This document shows, piece after piece, positions 59,417-64,000 of a stretch of 64,000 nt of DNA. This DNA is from Bacteroidota bacterium (lineage in GTDB: Bacteria > Bacteroidota > Rhodothermia > Balneolales > Balneolaceae): the NCBI GenBank assembly GCA_009909035.1, contig JAAAOB010000172.1, positions 3,721 to 67,720 of the forward strand. The letters run 5' to 3'. Positions within the stretch are counted from its first letter, which is position 1, and every line of letters starts with the position of its first letter. The translations under genes and the position numbers were made by a program. The notes below the pieces were generated by a model. That model did not search any database. It saw only the letters and a list, made by a program, of their open reading frames with translations, and was not told the origin of the DNA.

Positions 59417-60574
59417 CGGCTCAGGCGACCCGCTTGCCGTAATCCGAACGCATCAAGAGAACTTGTGAAAGGTGCAGGCAAGCGTTCATTACCAGCCCTG
59501 AAAAGAGCCTCTGCCGCTGAACAATTTTTCCACTCGGCTCAGGCGAGCGATACGTAAAGCGGGTCGCTGACCCGCTTCTTGTAAACCATGCAAATCAAGG
59601 AGAGATGTGTTAGGGGAGTCATCAGTTGATTGTCTGCCTTGAAAAAGAAAAAATCCGTTGTCTGTGGCTTTTCACAGTCGGCTCAGGCGAGCCGAGCTAC
59701 ATAGCGGGTCGCTGACCCGCTTCTTATAAACCATGCAAATCAAGGAGAGATGTGTTAGGGGAGTCATCGGTTGATTGTCTGCCTTGAAAAAGAAAAAATC
59801 CGTTGTCTGTGGCTTTCCACACTCGACTCAGGCGAGCCGAGCTACATAGCGGGTCGCTGACCCGCTTGCCGTAATCCGAACGCATCAAGAGAACTTGTGA
59901 AAGGTGCAGGCACGCGTTTATGGCCAGCCCTGAAAAGAGCTTTCTGCTGTTGATCAAGTCTTTCCACACTCGGCTCAGGCGAGCCGAGCTACGTAGCGGG
60001 TCGCTGACCCGCTTCCTGTAAATCCTGCAAATCAGGGAGCGTTGTGTTAGGGGAGTCATCGGTTGATTGTCTGCCTTGAAAAAGAAAAAATCCGTTGTCT
60101 GTGGCTTTCCACACTCGGCTCAGGCGAGCCGAGCTACATAGCGGGTCGCTGACCCGCTTGCCGTAATCCGAACGCATCAAGAGAACTTGTGAAAGTTGCA
60201 GGCACACGTTCATGGACAGCCCTGAAAAGAGCTTTCTGCTGTTGATCAAGTCTTTCCACACTCGGCTCAGGCGAGCCGTGCTACGTAGCGGGTCGCTGAC
60301 CCGCTTGTCGTAATCCGAACACATCAAGAGAACTTGTGAAAGGTGCAGGCAAGCGTTCATTACCAGCCCTGAAAAGAGCCTCTGCCGCTGATCAAATCTT
60401 TCCACTCGGCTCAGGCAAGGCGCGCCGTAGAGCGGGTCGCCGACCCGCTTCTTATAAACCATGCAAATCAAGGAGCGTTGTGTTAGGGGAGTCATCGGTT
60501 GATTGTCTGCCTTGAAAGAAGAAAAAATCCGTTGTCTGTGGCTTTCCACACTCGGCTCAGGCGAGCCGAGCTAC
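59417..60574. repeat. Right REP array (8 units)
   Basis: Chimeric REP at 59417-59435, REP-A at 59558, 59703, 59848, 59995, 60140, 60287 and 60431, and a final inverted REP-B at 60551-60574. Confidence 0.92.
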
Positions 60575-60576
60575 GT

Positions 60577-60615
60577 AAAAAAAAAAGGCTGCCATTCGGG
60601 AAAATGACAGCCTTT
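60577..60615 (-). terminator. Rho-independent terminator for the sigma/anti-sigma operon
   Basis: An A run precedes GGCTGCCATT-CGGGAA-AATGACAGCC on +, giving a hairpin plus poly-U on the minus strand. Confidence 0.75.
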
Positions 60616-60693
60616 AGAGGGGAATAAGATGAGACATACATCTCATATCAAAATAACGATATGATCTGGCAAAAAATTGCGATGAGGTTTAGA

Positions 60694-61578
60694 TTAGTTT
60701 TCTGGACCTACAAGATACATATTTCCTGTGGGTTGCGGGACGCCTCCTTTTGGTTCGAGCGTAACAGCAAATGTATTCGAGATATCTGATGGTCGCTCAT
60801 CCAGGCTGTCAATGCGGTAAAACAGGTCGGTTGATGGCTGTTCAAAGGAAAAAACGCCTGCACTGATCGGGGATTGCTGGTCCTTAATTAACCAGAGCTG
60901 GTAATCCTCGTCTTTTGCAGGTTCAGGAAGATTTGCCACCTGAAGCAGGGCGCGACTATTTTCAGGATCCCAGAGAATCTTTCCATAGCCGTCCGGATTG
61001 GTCTCCTGGCCGGCCATCAAGATGAGGTTTACATCCCGCGATTCGAGGATTGCAAGCAGTTCTTCTTTTCGTTCCAGCTCAGATTCAAGCTGAGTCAGTA
61101 TCTGGTTTTGTTGCTCCAATTCGGATTGCAGAGCAGAGATTCGGGTCTCTTTTTGTTCTAACAAAGTAGATTGCTGCTGAGTATAGAGGAGCAGACCAAG
61201 AGTTCCGGCAAGCAGAAGTGCCGCGGCAGCTTTAAAAATCCACGTTCGATCCTGACCTCTGTCCGACCTTATATCTTCACCGGCATCATCCATCGAATCA
61301 TTGTCGGTTGATGGCATCCGGCTGACATTGGCATCGGCATCGGATTCAGATATATCGCGTAACACCTGATCAAACAGGTCCTCAGAGGGCTCCATCGGGT
61401 CGGCGGCAAGCGATAGGTCATCTTTGATCCTGACCATCTGCCTGTAAATCTCCATCTGTTCCGGAGACGCTTCATCAAGCATCTTCTCAAAGGTGCGCTT
61501 GTCCTCCTCAGACAGCGCGCCGAGCACATACCCCGCGCACAAAGATTCAAAATCGTTATGTGTTTCCTGTTCGCTCAT
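60694..61578 (-). CDS. Anti-sigma factor, RskA (anti-SigK) family
   Basis: YVLGALS.ED...FE N-terminus, TM helix, coiled coil, and C-terminal LP.P....DYQLW...PISAGVF...FAVTLEPKGG..QPTG. Confidence 0.88.
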   Translation of the reverse strand: MSEQETHNDFESLCAGYVLGALSEEDKRTFEKMLDEASPEQMEIYRQMVRIKDDLSLAADPMEPSEDLFDQVLRDISESDADANVSRMPSTDNDSMDDAGEDIRSDRGQDRTWIFKAAAALLLAGTLGLLLYTQQQSTLLEQKETRISALQSELEQQNQILTQLESELERKEELLAILESRDVNLILMAGQETNPDGYGKILWDPENSRALLQVANLPEPAKDEDYQLWLIKDQQSPISAGVFSFEQPSTDLFYRIDSLDERPSDISNTFAVTLEPKGGVPQPTGNMYLVGPEN

Positions 61579-61583
61579 TCTCG

Positions 61584-62189
61584 TTATTCGGTTAACATAT
61601 CACGCAACTTAATCATGCCTTGTCTCATTCTGTATTTGACAGTCCCCAATGGGATATCGATTTTTTCCGCAATTTCTGACTGAGATAATCCTTCGAAATA
61701 GGAAATGTAGAGCACCTGGCGCTCCTTTTTATTTAGTTCAGCAAGAGCCTTGCGTACACCAACAGCACGTTCACTCAATTCAATCTTTTCTTCCGGGTTT
61801 GGATTATCCGTGCTTAAATGAAACGAATATTCATCATCATTAATTACATAATCATCTTTTCGCCGGTTTTTAAAAGCTCGCGACCGGGTTCTGTCTATCG
61901 CCCGGTTACGGGCCAGTGTGGCAATAAAACTATACACAGTACCCCTCGAGGGATCATACTGATCAGCCCTGTTCCATATCTTCACAAAAATTTCCTGCAG
62001 CAGATCTTCTGCCTCCTCTTTATTATGCAAAATCTTATAGATCATCCCGAACAGGATTTTACTGAATCGGTCATACAATTTCTTTAGTGCAGTTTTGTCG
62101 CCAGACTGCACCGCTATCATCCACTCACGCTCTTCATCAGCGGTTTGGCGGGCAAAACCAAAAATTTGCAGAAAAAACTGAAGTATCAA
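61584..62189 (-). CDS. ECF sigma factor (SigK-like)
   Basis: AEDLLQEIF, ARNRAIDR and YFEGLSQSEIA...PLGTVKYRMR. Sits directly upstream of the rskA-like gene. Confidence 0.9.
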   Translation of the reverse strand: MILQFFLQIFGFARQTADEEREWMIAVQSGDKTALKKLYDRFSKILFGMIYKILHNKEEAEDLLQEIFVKIWNRADQYDPSRGTVYSFIATLARNRAIDRTRSRAFKNRRKDDYVINDDEYSFHLSTDNPNPEEKIELSERAVGVRKALAELNKKERQVLYISYFEGLSQSEIAEKIDIPLGTVKYRMRQGMIKLRDMLTE

Positions 62190-62204
62190 GATGCTGTTAG
62201 GTTA

Positions 62205-62230
62205 TACGCAGAAAAAACGCGACCGGATTG
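62205..62230 (-). promoter_or_regulatory. Putative autoregulatory ECF promoter
   Basis: Minus-strand CAATCC-N15-GCGTA about 16 nt upstream of the sigma start. It resembles the ATCC...CGTA promoters of SigK/ECF11-like factors. Confidence 0.5.
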
Positions 62231-62500
62231 AATTGGCTCTACGTTTCAATGGATTGAGGCCGAATGATAGCTGAAATTTATTTAAATCATCAAATGAATA
62301 TAGTTTATCTTTTGAGCAATCGTAAATCACATGAAGAAAAAAAAGATGGGGCACGCTCCTGTGATTTGATCTTGTATACCATTTTTCACCTGCAGTATAT
62401 ATAACCAACAGAATTTAAAAAAGATCTTCGGGTACTCAGGAATCGCAGGTCTCATTCTGAACTATTCAACGAACCTTCATATTGAATTTTAGATCATACT

Positions 62501-63376
62501 ATGGCCTCAGGATTATTCACGATACTTGACGATATAGCAGCTTTGATGGACGATGTGGCGGTGATGGGCAAAGTGGCGGGAAAGAAAACAGCCGGTCTGA
62601 TGGGGGATGATCTTGCAGTAAATGCAGAAAAGGCCTCCGGGTTTATGTCCGCACGAGAAATTCCGGTGTTATGGGCAATCACAAAAGGCTCGTTTCTGAA
62701 CAAGATCATTATTCTGCCGGTAGCATTTCTCCTCAGTGCTTTTCTTCCGGCGGTAGTAACCGCTATTCTGATTTTGGGCGGGCTGTATCTTGCATACGAG
62801 GGAGCCATCAAAATATACGAATATTTTTTCCCTCAATCCCACCAAACAGAGAAACCGAAACTCGAAAAACTCTCAAAAGAAGAGGTACTTGCCAGAGAAA
62901 AAGATAAAATTAAGTCGGCAATTGTGACGGATTTTATTCTCTCTGTGGAGATCGTAATCATTGCGCTAAGTGCAGTAGCAGAGGCCCCTCTGATCACGCA
63001 AATTGTGGTGGTGACACTGATTGCTTTGATAGCAACAGTGGGCGTTTACGGCGTCGTTGCCCTGATTGTGCGGATGGATGAATTTGGAACGAAGCTGATG
63101 AATGTCAATGAACGTGAGAATAGCTTTACGGACACCATCGGCCGTTCGCTTGTCTGGGCGCTGCCTAAAGTGATTAAAGGATTATCCATCATTGGGACAA
63201 TTGCTCTGCTTTTGGTCTCAGGTGGAATTTTTACCCATAATATTCACTTCCTCCACGGTATATTTGATCATGTTCCAGCCATACTCGTGGAATTTGTGTT
63301 AGGTCTGATCGTTGGATGTTTCGTTTTGCTTGTTCTCGCCGGGGGGAAAAAGCTTTGGAAAGTTACGTTCAAGTAA
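62501..63376 (+). CDS. DUF808 (YedI-like) inner membrane protein
   Basis: LDDIA..MDDVA...KKTAG..GDDLAVNA, RE.PVLW...KGS..NK and TDFILS.EI. Confidence 0.9.
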   Translation: MASGLFTILDDIAALMDDVAVMGKVAGKKTAGLMGDDLAVNAEKASGFMSAREIPVLWAITKGSFLNKIIILPVAFLLSAFLPAVVTAILILGGLYLAYEGAIKIYEYFFPQSHQTEKPKLEKLSKEEVLAREKDKIKSAIVTDFILSVEIVIIALSAVAEAPLITQIVVVTLIALIATVGVYGVVALIVRMDEFGTKLMNVNERENSFTDTIGRSLVWALPKVIKGLSIIGTIALLLVSGGIFTHNIHFLHGIFDHVPAILVEFVLGLIVGCFVLLVLAGGKKLWKVTFK

Positions 63377-63491
63377 TCATCGTATCATCCCCGGCGATTG
63401 ATTAAAATAAAAAGAACCTTCAACTCTATTAATCACTGGATAGAGTGTATCTTCTGGACATTCGAATTTCATTAGAAGAAAAGTAACCGGC

Positions 63492-64000
63492 ATGCCCTGG
63501 ACATTACGAATGACGCTGATTGTAACTGCACTAACGGCAGTTGCAATGACATATAATATCATCCGTCTACACTGGTACACAAAGAAGACGGCTCTCTTTT
63601 CAACACGTAAATTTTGGATCGCTGTATCAGGATCCGTGATCCTGATTTTTGCCTATCCATTGTCGGGATATGGCATTCATACGGCCGGAGGCGAATTTTC
63701 AAGAGATCTATACCCGGTATGGATGATCATTCTGTTTTGGTACGGCTTTATTTTGAATGCCACGCTTTTCAACGGCCTAATCCTGCTTGATCTGATAAAT
63801 CTGCTGCTGACAAAGATCCTGCGATTTAAAAGAACTCAACTACAGACCGTTCTGGGACTTTTAGCAATCCTGCTTATGGCCGGTGTATTGCTTTTTACAT
63901 CTGTCAAAACAGGATTGGACACCTATCGGGTTCAAACAGAAAGTATTGAACATACAATAACTGGTGATACAATATCAGATTCAAAGCCACTGAGGGTTGC
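63492..64000 (+). CDS. Probable membrane-anchored metallophosphoesterase (YkuE-like), 3'-truncated by the window edge
   Basis: ATG at 63492 (MPWTLRM...) opens a frame that runs to the edge. Four TM helices are followed by ...KPLRV, where the HxSDxH motif would be expected next. Confidence 0.55.
   Translation, partial: MPWTLRMTLIVTALTAVAMTYNIIRLHWYTKKTALFSTRKFWIAVSGSVILIFAYPLSGYGIHTAGGEFSRDLYPVWMIILFWYGFILNATLFNGLILLDLINLLLTKILRFKRTQLQTVLGLLAILLMAGVLLFTSVKTGLDTYRVQTESIEHTITGDTISDSKPLRV

Larger units (their letters stand above)
58100..60574. mobile_element. REP-RAYT locus (REPtron-like): RAYT gene within a tandem REP-doublet array
   Basis: Begins at GTAG (58100) and ends at CTAC (60574). It holds 11 units of ~126-148 bp plus one long unit carrying the transposase gene. 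Confidence 0.85.

Noticed and set aside
58082-60549. Minus-strand ORFs 58082-58516, 58375-58575, 59724-60059, 59989-60549 and plus-strand 59375-59557
   Set aside because: These are translations of the repeat units, with frames shifting between copies and no protein-like features.
58100-60574. CRISPR array
   Set aside because: The period is regular, but spacers are ~100 nt and fall into only two repeated families. The repeats are GTAG-hairpin REPs, there are no cas genes, and the associated gene is a RAYT.
60666-60682. Sigma-54 promoter-like TGGCAAAAAATTGC
   Set aside because: Only 9 nt lie between GG and GC (10 are required), and it points into a convergent gene end.

Overview
A 64-kb stretch of a bacterial chromosome. 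It probably comes from the Bacteroidota-related Balneolota/Rhodothermota group; this is inferred from the NFPNPFNPST-type C-terminal sorting tail, the gene order and the split 5'-nucleotidase. Contents from left to right: (1) The end of a beta-1,3-glucan/laminarin locus: GH30, an MFS-GH17 fusion, two GH17 enzymes, a secreted CBM protein and a beta-propeller/YYY/LuxR regulator. (2) A TPR-lptE-sigma54 activator block. (3) An apparent 8-kb insertion carrying a glucosylglycerate cluster (phosphorylase, HAD phosphatase, GpgS, and an M20-fold protein missing its catalytic EE motif) and a decayed ECF sigma/anti-sigma/DUF4382 module with two matching ECF promoters. (4) Housekeeping genes: miaB, FKBP, pyrE, pgpA, pgsA, cinA, ftsX, fur, acyl-CoA ligase, LOG, cysteine desulfurase and pgk. 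(5) An RDD/SpoIIM/DUF4129/DUF4350/MoxR/DUF58 cluster, trxA, an RND efflux operon and a glutamate dehydrogenase. (6) A PiT-like transporter preceded by a ~230-nt strongly structured candidate regulatory RNA, then an HNH gene, mnmA and the split 5'-nucleotidase. (7) A 2.5-kb REP/RAYT locus, in which an HUH tyrosine transposase sits inside a regular ~146-bp array built from two covarying GTAG-hairpin REPs and two spacer types. (8) A SigK/RskA-like pair, DUF808 and a partial metallophosphoesterase. No rRNA, tRNA or CRISPR-Cas was seen. The most interesting items are the RAYT-REP array, the candidate attenuator RNA at 52296-52525, and the pseudo-peptidase coupled to gpgS. All calls come from motif recognition and hand-pairing; no database searches or folding programs were run.
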